Assembly: GCF_009914755.1 (NCBI RefSeq)
Contig: NC_060926.1
From: the human T2T-CHM13v2.0 reference genome, Homo sapiens
Direction: 5' to 3' (one strand)
DNA length: 64,000 nt
Below, piece by piece: positions 42,737 to 54,121 of the stretch; the stretch's first letter is position 1, and every line of letters starts with the position of its first letter. Under the pieces are notes generated by a model. It was not told the DNA's origin and did no database searches. It saw only the letters and a program-made list of their open reading frames with translations. The translations under genes and the position numbers were made by a program.

Positions 42737-42974
42737 CGATCTCGGCTCACTGCAATCTCTGCCTCCCAGGTTCAAGCAATTCCCTTGTCTCAGCCTTCTG
42801 AGTAGCTGGGATTACAGTCGTGCACCACCATGTCTCGCTAATTTTTGTATTTTTAGTAGAGATGAGGTTTCACCATGTTGGCTAGGCTGGTCTTGAACTC
42901 CTGACCTCAAGTGATCCGCCTGCCTCGGCTTCCCAAAATGCTGGGATTACAGGTGTGAGCCACCATGGCTGGCC
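42737..42974 (-). mobile_element. AluS (Sz-like) lacking 3' end and poly(A), within an L2 tail
   Basis: Begins abruptly at cgatctcggctcactgca; flanked by L2-type cattcattcatt...catttact. Confidence 0.9.
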
Positions 42975-45224
42975 GCGCATTTACTAACTTTTGATGGCAA
43001 GAACTATATTCTTCACATCTTTTTCTATCATCCACAAATGGGGTCTTACATAATGTCATTATAATCCATCAAGTATTTGTTGTGTTTTCAAGAAAAAATG
43101 GATGTGGACATTAAGTTTGGCTCCACATGGTAACTTCCTTGCTGACACTTGATGAGCAGAGTGTGCACCCCGGACCCCCTCGCTGCAGTGTCCCCCAGTG
43201 TTGAGCACAGAGCTGGGTGTGCAGTAGGCACTCAAAAGTCACCAGCCAGTTTCCTATCTTAAAGAGACCAGCACCAACCCTGACAGCCCCTACTAAATAC
43301 CATTACACTTACCAGCCTACCACTATAATCTGACCTAGTAGGAACATCAAATTAAGCATCTTGCCACTTTCTTTTTCTTCATCTTTTTTTTCCTGCTTAT
43401 TTTCCTCTGTCTCTGTTGTCCTTCTCATCCCATGTCGAATGTCTTCCCCCTACCCCCATCTCCCTCTGGGCTATAGATCTCCATTTCAAATAACTTTGAT
43501 CTACTCTTGAATGGGAAGGCTTTTAACCTCATAGGTCACATTAAGAGAAAATTCTGACATTATTATGTAAATATGTTTTATTTTTCTAAGTCATCTTATA
43601 CTATTTTAAGAAGGAAGCATTTGCTTTCGCTAGTGGTCAGAGTGTATGCTGAAATCTCAGGGGGCTGAGCTTGTCTTTACTTGTCTCCTCTATAAAATGC
43701 AGGGAGCCTGAGTGCATGCCTAACAAGATTCAGGGATGAGAGGAAGAAAAGGAAGCCAGGGCTTCTCGAAAGCTGACTTCTATCTCGTGCTGGGCAGGTT
43801 CACTGAAGAATTACAAAGCTGAAAGGCAAGAGAATATTCTTCTGATAGTAGCATTGTGTTATGATTGTCATTCTTTCTTTTAGTGTATCCTTTTCTCTTT
43901 CTGTAGAATGAGAAAAAGAATGCATAATTTTCCGTTGTTCCATCAGAGATACTGAAAGTGAAGCCTCCATCCACACACACTTTGGAAACCTAGCATGAAG
44001 ACTTTTATGGAAAACTATCATTATTGTGGTTTAAAAGATGGATGAAATCAGAGTTCTTGAAATAGAAGTAATATAATATAAAATAATAATTTACCACTAT
44101 TACTATTACAACTAATAATAAAATGAAAATCTAGAGGTACAAGAATTCAAAACTAATAGGAATAGAATGTCTCATGAAAATACTCTTATCAATTTAACTT
44201 TTACAGTTTTCCCTTTTTTTAACAAAAAGCAAAATTTTAGATATCCTTTTGAAACAATGTGCATGTCTATCGTTCTAGAATTTTCTGATTTTCCCCAAGT
44301 TGTGGCAATTATCACTGTGTTACTAAATTCAATACAATTTTTTTGACAGCAGTGCTTAATGTGTCTAATGTTAAATCCAGAACTACAAAACCTCTCTTTT
44401 CTCAATTACAGATAATAAATGTACATAATTTTTAATTCAACTGTATTATAACACTGAAAATACATACAACTAGCCCTTAATAAGCATACATGTCAAATAG
44501 AGAGTAAATGTAGGTATGAGTCCAATGAAGAACCAGTCTATTGGGCTGCCAGTGCTCAGTGGGATATGGGCATTGGCCAGTCAGTTCATACTGGGAACAG
44601 TGAACCTGGCTTTGGCAGGGGAAAGAGTGTCTAACTGGTAGGTAAAAATCAAGAAAGGTGGATCCAATTCCATTATGATTTTTCTGTGGCTATGTTTTTC
44701 ATAGTATATGGTCTCTTAACCAACTTCTGTTTAATTGGCATAAGATGAACCACTGTTCACCATCCCCAATATAAATACTGACCAATGTTCCCTGCTAATA
44801 GAAGAAAATAAATGATTTCATAATGAGATTGATTTAATACATATTTAATAAAATCCATAGCATACAACCAGCATATAGTACTTCAGTTTCTCATATTTGT
44901 GGAACATTTTTCTGATTATCCTATATTAAGTCAAATATTATAAGTTCCAGAAATTAGAAAGTGTATAGATTACAATCACTGTGAGCAATAAGAAAAAAAT
45001 ACAAACACAAATTTTTAAATGGTTGCATACACTTGTCAATTTTTTGAAAAAAGCTAATAAACTATAACACAAAGGAAACAAAGTTTAATAACCAAAGCAA
45101 TAAGAAAATAATAAAAGCAGACTATATCTGAAAACTCAGTATAAAGCAACTAAAAAACTAATGGCTAAATAGAGTCACTAAATAATGTGGCTTTTTGCAA
45201 AATATGTTTTTGAGAATCGATTGC

Positions 45225-47112
45225 TCAGCAACTAGACATCTATAGGCAAAACAAAAAAACAAACAAAAAAAAACAAAAACCTCAACCTAAACCTCATATT
45301 CTATGCAAAAATTAACCCCAAATGGGTAATGGGCTTAATTTAAAATTATAAAATTTTAGAAGAAATTATAGGCAAAAATTCTTAGCATTTGTCAAATTCA
45401 GAATTAGGCAATTTGTATACTTAACACCAGATACACAATCCACAAAAGGAAAAATTCATAAATTGAGCCTTATTAAAATGAAAAGTCTTGCAATGTGAGA
45501 CAATCCTAAGAAAAAAAGAACAAAGCTGGAGGCATCATCCTACCTGACTTCAAACTATACTACAAGGCTACCGTAATCAAAACAGCCTGGTACTGGTACC
45601 AAAACACAGAGATAGACCAATGGAACAGAACAAAGGCCTCAGAAATAACACCACACATCTACGACCACCCTATCTTTGACAAACCTGACAAAAACAAGAA
45701 ATGGGGAAAGGATTCCCTATTTGATAAACGGTGCTGGGAAAACTGGCTAGCCATACATAGAAAGCTGAAACTGGATCCCTTCCTTACACCTTATACAAAA
45801 ATTAATTCAAGATGGATTAAAGACTTAAATGTTAGACCTAAAACCATAAAAACCCTAGAAGAAAACCTAGGCAATACCATTCAGGACATAGGCATGGGCA
45901 AGGACTTCATGACCAAAACACCAAAAGCAATGGCAAGAAAAGCCAAAATAGACAAATGGGATCTATAAACTTAAAAGCTTCTGCACAGCAAAAGAAACTA
46001 CCATCAGAGTGAACAGGCAACCTACAGAATGGAAGAAAATTTTTGCAATCTCCCCATCTGACAAACGGGTAATATACAGAATCTACAAAGAACTTAAAAA
46101 AATTAACAAGAAAAAAACAAACAACCCCATCAAAAAGTGGGCAAAGGATATGAACAGACACTTCTCAAAAGAAGACATTTATGCAGCCAACAGACACATG
46201 AAAAAATGCTCATCATCCCTGGTCATCAGAGAAATTCAAATGAAAACCATAATGAGATACCATCTCACATCAGTTACAATGGCAATCATTAAAAAGTCAG
46301 GAAACAACAGATGCTAGAGAGGATGTGGAGAAATAGGAATGCTTTTAACTGTCGGTGGGAGTGTAAACTAGTTCAACCATCATGGAAGACAGTGTGGTGA
46401 TTCCTCAAGGATCTAGAACTAGAAATACCATTTGACCCAGCCATCCCATTACTGGGTATATACCCAAAGGATTATAAATCATGCTGCTATAAAGACACAT
46501 GCACACGTATATTTACTGCAGCACTATTCACAATAGCAAAAACTTGGAACCAACCCAAATGTCCATCAATGATAGACCGGATTAAGAAAATGTGGCACAT
46601 ATACACCATGGAATACTATGCAGCCATAAAAAAGAATGAGTTCATGTCCTTTGCGGGGACATGGATGAAGCTGGAAACCATCATTCTGAGCAAACTATCG
46701 CAAGGACAGAAAACCAAACACCGCATGTTCTCACTCATAGGTGGGAATTGAACAATGAGAGCACTTGGACACATCACACATGGGGACCTGTCTTGGGGTG
46801 GGGGGCAGGGGTAGGGATAGCATTAGGAGAAATAACGTAAATGACAAGTTAATGGGTGCAGCAAACCAACATGGCACTTGTATACCTATGTAACAAACCT
46901 GCACTTTGTGCACATGTACCCTAGAACTTAAAGTATAATTAAAAAAAAAAAAAATTCAGAATCACAAAAAAAAAAAAAAAAATTCTAGGGTTTTTTTTGT
47001 TTTGTAAAAAAAGCCTTGCAATGTGAAAGACTACAAAAAGAATGGACAAACAAGTTGCAAACTGGTAGAAAATGTTTGCAAACCACAAATCTGACAAGCA
47101 CTCATATCTGGA

Positions 47113-47158
<46 letters not shown>

Positions 47159-47210
47159 ATACATAAATTTAAAACTCAACAACAGTATATGTGAAAGAAT
47201 AAAAACTATG
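45225..47210 (+). mobile_element. Old L1MC-type ORF2 fragment, split by an L1PA and carrying a (CA)n at 47115-47154
   Basis: aacctcatattctatgcaaaaattaac...aaattcataaattg before the L1PA; gaaaatgtttgcaaaccacaaatctgacaag after it. Confidence 0.7.
45499..47008 (+). mobile_element. 5'-truncated L1PA (about L1PA5-6), 1.5 kb, with extra 3' segment
   Basis: ORF2 3' part ([12 protein letters not shown]..., MFSLIGGN), 3' UTR and poly(A) at 46941-46954. 18-bp TSD aaaagtcttgcaatgtga (45481-45498) / aaaagccttgcaatgtga (47009-47026). Confidence 0.95.
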
Positions 47211-49578
47211 ATAATATCTGAGACAGGCATGGGTATGGAGCAGCAGAAACTCTAAGACTCCTCCAAAATTTTTGTTATAAGCAATCCTCAAGACAAGTTA
47301 ACAATATAGTAAGAAACCTTAGAAATGCATGTTTTCTCTTTTTCTTTAATTTTTTTCTCAGAAGGTATCTTAATAATTAATCTGCCAAGTATAAAACAAC
47401 ATCTGTAAATGAGAAATTCATCATACTTTTGCATTTAAAATGGCAATATCAAAATAAATTAACTGTCCCATGGAAATAATTGGCTAAAATAATTTATTCT
47501 CCTACACACTTATAATGTTACATTATAGAACAATTAAAAATTAAACATTGTACTGAACAAATTTTATGAAGTATTTTTTGACATATGTGATGATGATGTA
47601 TTCACCAGATAAAAACCATAAAAATTCAGCAAGACGTATACAGAAAGATTCCATCTTTGTGATATAAAATATATACACATCTGTCCGTCCATGTGTAGAA
47701 GTGCATATTTGTGTAGATGAAAAGACTGAACGGAAAGAAGTAATGATTAGTAATGGCAGTTCTGAGCGATAAAATTTTGGAGTTTTAATGTTTTGTTCAA
47801 GCTGTTCTGTACAACATTTTCAAAAATAAAATTATGCTGTTTTTAGAATCAGGAAAAAATGGCAAAGCATTAAATAATTTTTACAAACTTTCTATTTATT
47901 ACATAAAGTTCAGAAATCCCCAAAAATGTAGTAGAACAGGGGGATTATGACTTTCCCAGTGCCAAGCAGTAACCATGGATGTGACTTCATGGAATATTCC
48001 TCCAGTTCTCCTGCTGCGCAGAGGTAAACACACAGTTAGGACGGGGCTTTACGCACAGCGATGTGCCTGCTCTTCCTTCCTCACTAAGCCCCAAGCATTC
48101 CCTGGCATGTGCACCGCATAGAGGGCCCAGCATTGCATTCACCCCCAAGCCAGGAGCTTAACCCGTAACCACTAACCTTCATCGGCCTGATTGCCTCAAA
48201 GCCCCATTTCCCTTATGGTTGTAAAACCCTACAACTCTCAAACTTCCCCTGTCCCCAGGTCTTCAAATAGAGCCCCCAACACTTCTGCATATCCAAACTC
48301 ACTGCCCAGAAAGTCTCTCCTGCACACAGGGCGTCCATTCTGTGCATATGCACATATTGCAATAGGTGAATGTCCAAGAGCATTTTCACCTAGGATTTAT
48401 CTTCAAAGGGTTAATGGGACTCACTGGGAGAGGAACAGGTCTGCTCCATTAGGGAACAGGGCAAGGTCAGGACTGACAGATGTAAAATTTGCCCCACGTC
48501 TGAACCGTGCCCTTAGGATTGGGTAGGATTTTCAGCTTTTGTTGGTTCTGTAAGTTGGATTTCAGGAAGGTCTTTTCTTTCATTTCTTTACAGCTATTCT
48601 GCTTTCAATCAGCAATGAAAGCAGAAGCTCCCCCTTCCAAATCTGCATAGACACCCAGCCTTCAGGCTACAGCAGAGCCAGCTCTTCCACAGACCTGCTC
48701 CACAGAGGACACCCCCCAACCCCAAGCAAAGCTGCTCATGTTCTAGAAAACTTCCAGAAGGAAAAGGTGGTGCTTCAGCAGCATAGCTAAAATCCTAGAA
48801 CCAGAAAGGCAAGCAGGCCACCAGTGGATGCCTGCTTTGTTTTTTTTGTAGGCAGGAATTATATCAGGAATGCTTTTATGTTATTAATAATAGGCTTAAA
48901 AATTAGCTTTCCTATAAAATTTCTTGCAAAGACATTTACCCACACAAATTACCCAAGAAAATGATACAAGGACAGAAACCAATGCAGGAAAAGATGAGAA
49001 GAAAACAACAACAACAGCAAAACACTGAGCTGGCAGATGCGAAACCTGAGTTCTATCTCCACGTGGCCAATGTCTCACGATAGCTGTGGGTCACTCCTCC
49101 CCACTGCAGTTTCTCATTCTGTCAAATCATTTCCAACTCTAGGTTACAGCAAGAGTAGTTGCTATTAGGATTGCCCTTCATTGTCTAACTACAAAAGTTA
49201 GTCAATTCTTCAAGGTCGTAAAGTGAGGATTCACCTGCCGAATACCGGGCTTTGAGAATGATTATTCCTCACCAGAAAAGCGCAAAACCGGGTGTATCAC
49301 ATGTTTGATTTAAAAAGTGGGAGAATGGTTTGGTTGGGCTTAGAAGCTGGGGGGATCTGCTCTCCTATCTTTGGCCCTGAAAGCAGCTGTCAGCAAACAG
49401 GGAGGGAGGGAAGCTGACTCCACCTTTCTCTTTTTCTTCTGCCACATGGCCTTATCTATGCTGACAAGTTAACATACTGCCCAGCCCTCCTGCAAACCCC
49501 ATCTCAGCACTGCAAACTTCTTAGCAGAATCCACTCTAACTTCTGAAAGTTCCCTCCTGCCTGTACCTCGTCCCTCAG

Positions 49579-49760
49579 GTTCACAGTCACCTCTCCAAGG
49601 ACTTCTTTCCAATTCCAGGTTTGTACTGAGGTCGTGGGGCAGACACAAGCAGCTTGTGCAATCCCCGCAGTGCTGGATGAAAATCAGCACGCGGCAAATA
49701 GGACCTCCGTCCACACAGCCAGGTGTATGCAAATGCTTCCTTACCATTGTTCAATTCAAG
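49579..49760 (+). other. Candidate spliced exon (non-coding or unknown)
   Basis: Branch-like ctctaac (49534-49540), pyrimidine tracts ending in AG at 49577-49578 and 49617-49618, and consensus donor AAG|GTAAGT at 49760/49761. Motif-level evidence only. Confidence 0.35.
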
Positions 49761-50534
49761 GTAAGTTCTGTTCTGAGTCTGATTCCTTTCTGCCTTTTTT
49801 GGCCAATGCTGAGCTGCATCCTATCAGGGTGGGCACTCCCATGAGACCCCGGCACTGACTGGGGGCCGGGAGACGCGGTCTGTCTTCATGTATTGCCACC
49901 ATGCAGGGTTTGCTGAGGTGGCCAACCTCCCACTGGAAATTACAATGAGATGCCCCTGACTCCAGTCTGTGTGGCCACCAAGCACATGCAGACCCTCCTT
50001 TACTTCCCTTCCTTGTGTCTTGCTGGAGACATGGAATCCACCCTGATGCTTTCAAGCCACCCTGGGCCATGGAGGTCTTTATAACAATCTCTTAATGTCT
50101 CTGCCTACCCCAGATATCTGGGGAGGGTAACCGACTTGAGTATTTTATAAAATCCTCTGCCCTCACCACGGGTGGCCGGGTGAGTCTAGTGACAGGAAGG
50201 TTCAAGAGCCACCACCTTAGACTTTTAATGTAGCCAGGCCTCTGTGACATTCCACAGGATTCCACCAAGGACACAGTCTCCTTTCAATTTACAAAGTCTG
50301 TGGGCTCGGTTGGGACCCATTTCCCCTTCTTCTCGCCAGAGAGCCAAGCCACCCTCTGCCAAATCCTCACCTTCAAGCACACGTATTCACACACTGGGAT
50401 GTGCTCAAGTGATTCGGTCTAGGTTGATAACCTTGTAGAAACTCAGTTCCTTCCTGTATAAAATGGAAACAAGGGTAAGTGTCTACACAGGGTTAAATAA
50501 AGAGACTATGTAAGGCTCCATCTCATAATTGACA

Positions 50535-50730
50535 ATTGACAAACGCTAAGTATTTATCAAGCAGCCAGCTGTGTGCTGTTGTGTTCTAGGCATTGGGATA
50601 ATGGAAGAAAGAAAGCAAAGACCTTGTTCTTATAAAACTTCCATCTTACTTGTAGAAGGCAGACAAATAAGTAAATAAATATAGGCCTTAGGTGATAATG
50701 AGTATTAGGAAGAGAAACTAATCATAGAGA
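50535..50730 (-). mobile_element. L2 3' fragment
   Basis: gtatttatcaagc...tgttctaggcattgggata...gcagacaaataagtaaataaat. Confidence 0.7.
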
Positions 50731-50777
50731 TTACTTGTGATGGAAGCAGGCACACAATTCCATGTGGGCTCTCAAGG

Positions 50778-50877
50778 CTCCACGAAGCAGTGTGATCCCT
50801 CTTATGAACCCTCCCATGAAGCAGTGTGATCCCTCTTATGAACCCTCCCATGAAGCAGTGTGATCCCTCTTATGAAC
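50778..50877. repeat. 34-bp minisatellite, about 3 copies (gaagcagtgtgatccctcttatgaaccctcccat)
   Basis: Units start at 50784, 50818 and 50852; identical over their shared length. Confidence 0.97.
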
Positions 50878-51609
50878 GCGCTTGGACACTCTTCTGATCA
50901 AAGACTCCAATGCCTTCTCATTATACTCGGAATTTAATCCAAAGTCCTTATGTCCTTATGATGGCAAACATTGTCCTTGTTTCCCAACTTGCTTTTAATG
51001 CCTCTTCCAGCCAGAAGCCTGTTCTGTATTATCCAAATGGACATGGTCTCTGTCTCTAAGTCCACTTAATATTTTATCTGTATCGCACCTGCGCCACTTT
51101 AACTGTGTGCCTTTGTAATACTATAAAAATATACATGTATTTTTTTCCCTTCCTATGTTACCATGTAACTAACTCCCTTCTCTCTGCTTCATGAGTGAAC
51201 ATTACATTTTTGCCATTATTTTATTCTGTTTTGTTTAATTTGGCATCCCACAAATTGCATTAACATATGATTTTTCCAATAAGAGAAGCTCCATGAAAGC
51301 ATGCTGGATATAAAAGGTAAATTAACAAAAGCAAGATAGAAGTCATAATTCATAGATACTTTTATCATAACTTGGAATCTTGGCTTCCCAGTTAGAATTT
51401 TTGGTACCATGTTTCAGCTTTTGCATAGAACCTCATCTCTTTCGAAACTGATGGCACACAGATGAGTTGAATCATGTGGCTTAGATAGTGGCTTCTCTAA
51501 CAGATAAAAACAAGAGAACTATTGGGATTTGTTGCACTTGAATCATCAGGATTCCTGCTTAGGTAATGGGGGAAGAGTGAGGGGCAGCAGCAGAAATGTG
51601 TTTTAATAT

Positions 51610-51975
51610 TTATTTAAGCTTGGCGCAGCATATTTAAACTAATTGGAACCGTGTCTTGCAGGCAGACGTCCAGATCAGCTGGGAGCACAGGAGGCAAACA
51701 AAAGACTGCAGGAGCTGCAGGTGACTTCAGCCGGAGCCACCGAGCTCTGGCATGTTCAAGCGCAGAGGCCGCCCTTGCTCCTCGTTCCCGCATTTCAGAG
51801 TGGACTCTGAGATCCTGCTTCTGGCTCTCCTCAGAGTCCTGATTTCCCACAGCTGTCTTCATCTGAGTCTCGTTCACAAGCCTGACCTGCTCCCGATCTC
51901 CACCCCGGCCCGGCTCTGTGCTCCTGCTTGGCCAAGGTCCTCCTCTCCGGTTGACCCACTGGGCTCCCCGGTGCC
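51610..51975. promoter_or_regulatory. CpG-retaining, GC-rich unique segment; candidate regulatory element
   Basis: About 15 CpGs in ~350 bp in a CpG-depleted window, a tatttaaa at ~51631, and several E-boxes (cagctg, caggtg). Confidence 0.4.
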
Positions 51976-52059
51976 ATGAAACTTGCTGGACAGTTAATGT
52001 TACCTGAAAAGAACTGAGACCATTCTGTGTTGAAATCCCAATTCTCTTCCTTTCCAAAC

Positions 52060-52215
52060 TGTGAGCTTGGTGGAGTTCTTTAACATCTCTTAACCTGAGT
52101 TTAACTCATCTGTACAATGGGGATAGTGGTTTCCTGTCACAGAGTTTTGTGCGAACGGAATGAAACAACATATATAAGGTTTCTAGCACAGAGTAAGTGC
52201 TCAGTGCAAGTTAGC
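52060..52215 (+). mobile_element. MIR
   Basis: ctgagtttaactcatctgtacaatggggatagt...tagcacagagtaagtgctcagtgcaagttagct. Confidence 0.75.
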
Positions 52216-52759
52216 TGGACTTGTAGCTCTTAGCTATGAATATTTCAGCTAACACATCTGCAGCTGGAAGCTACTGGTAATTCTGTGTGATTCTATTACC
52301 CTCAGTAGCCTTCTTTTCAGACAATAAGACACATGGATGTTTGATGCATTGTAGACTGTGTATTTATTTTACCATTTAATTTATTTAATGAAGTTTTTTC
52401 CCTGAAGTTATATATATGTATATATATATATGTATATATTCTCTTTATAGAAAATCTGTGTACCTACCCACCCAAAATAAAGCTCCTTGGATTTAGTGGC
52501 ATCATGGTTAGCTACATGACTGCTCTCTGGCCTACATCCTCTTATGGTTACAAAATTCAACTTCAACAGGAACTCAAGAGTCTTTGCTCCTGGCTGACAT
52601 CAGAAATGATACCCTGTCATGGTTGAGAACTGGAGCCAAAGATAAAACCAAACCACAGACCAAAGAGTTTTCACGTGAGGAGCAAAGCTGTTAAAAGTAT
52701 TCAGTTCATGTGAAGTGATCTTCTGGGGTCTTCACTTCTTAGGTATTCCTTTCTCCTTG

Positions 52760-53019
52760 GAGTCCTTTCCTTCTCCCTTAATTTCTCCTCCTACCCTTTC
52801 TCCCCCTCCTACCGTTTATCTTCCTTCTTCCCTTCCTTCCTTTCTCCCTCCCTCCCTCCTCTCCCTCCCTCCTTCCCTCTCTCCAGTCCTTCCTTGCTTA
52901 CTTTCTTCTTTCTTTTCTTCCTCCTTCCTTTCTTCCTTTCTTTCTCTTTCTCTTTCTTTCTCTTCCTTCCTTTCTCTTTTTCTTTCTTCCTGCCTCCCTC
53001 CCTCACTCCCCCACCTTTT

Positions 53020-53059
<40 letters not shown>

Positions 53060-53148
53060 TGTCATTCTTTCTTTCATTCTTTCGTTCTTTCTCTTCCTTT
53101 CTCTTTTTCTTTCTTCCTCCCTCCCTCCCTCTCTGTCTTTCTTTCTTT

Positions 53149-53196
<48 letters not shown>

Positions 53197-53250
53197 TTTC
53201 TTTCTTTCTCTTTCTTTCTTTCTCTCCTCTCTCTTTCTCTCTCTCTCTTT
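52760..53250. repeat. About 490-bp polypyrimidine tract, compound (TCCC)n/(TTCC)n/(TTTC)n
   Basis: Directly visible. Confidence 0.97.
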
Positions 53251-54121
53251 CAGATATTCTCTGTGGTTATTTTTTAGATATAATTCCTATCCAAGAAGCT
53301 TGGGGTTACATTGTACCTGGAGGTCCCCTACCCCAGAAGTCCAGCAAACTAGAATGAGGTCCACAGGAAACACAGCAACATTAGACTCTTAAAGCATTCC
53401 AAAGACATTTTCACAGTCGAGACACAATGTCTATTTCATTATTCATACAACAAACAAATTACTACTTTATGCCATTGAATTTTCTCTTTTTTCTTCAATT
53501 CTGTTTAGCACTTTAGGTTGTTGTAGGTTTGTGCTTAATGTCCTGTAAAATACCAACATTTATAGGCCTGTTGCCTGCTTATTTTATTCCAGTCAATGAG
53601 ATAAATGCTGTATGTATTTTTAAATGACTACACCTTTTATAAATTCTTCATGTAAAATTATTATGCACATTTTTCTACTAAAGAGTTTTGAGAAGATTAA
53701 ATAACTTACCCAGGATTTAGTGAGTAGAAACTCTGAGATTCAAACTTAATCTTTTTGGTTACAACAATTGCATCTGCGTCATCACTTCTTGTATTCTTAT
53801 TAGGTCAATATTATATCCAGAACCTTTTATGATGGTGTAATTAGATTTCAACTTTAGGATTTATTTAAATTATTTCCTTTTCATAGATAGAATAACAGAA
53901 AATTTTCAAACTGGAGCATTCAAAAAATGGTAAGTCATTTGTTCCAAGGCAATGTTTTATAATAATCATGACATCTTAAAGATGGTGCTGAAAACAGCAG
54001 TCAAACAGGCATGCACTTAAATCCTGTCAACACTATTTACTGCCTTTGAGGCTTTAAACAAATTATTTAATCTTTCAAACGCCCACATTTCTCATTTGTC
54101 TACTGGAGTAATAGTAGATAA

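Noticed and set aside
46009-46751. L1 ORF2 peptides (also 6019-6390 and 19459-19653)
   Set aside because: Fragments of 5'-truncated, disrupted L1 copies; not functional CDS.
50778-50877. 34-bp direct repeats of CRISPR-like length
   Set aside because: Head-to-tail with no unique spacers, no cas genes, and eukaryotic context; it is a minisatellite.
51614-52057. 147-aa minus-strand ORF over the CpG-rich segment
   Set aside because: Non-ATG start, no recognisable domain, and a length compatible with chance in GC-rich DNA.
52715-53392. 225-aa S/F/L-rich ORF
   Set aside because: Same polypyrimidine artefact.
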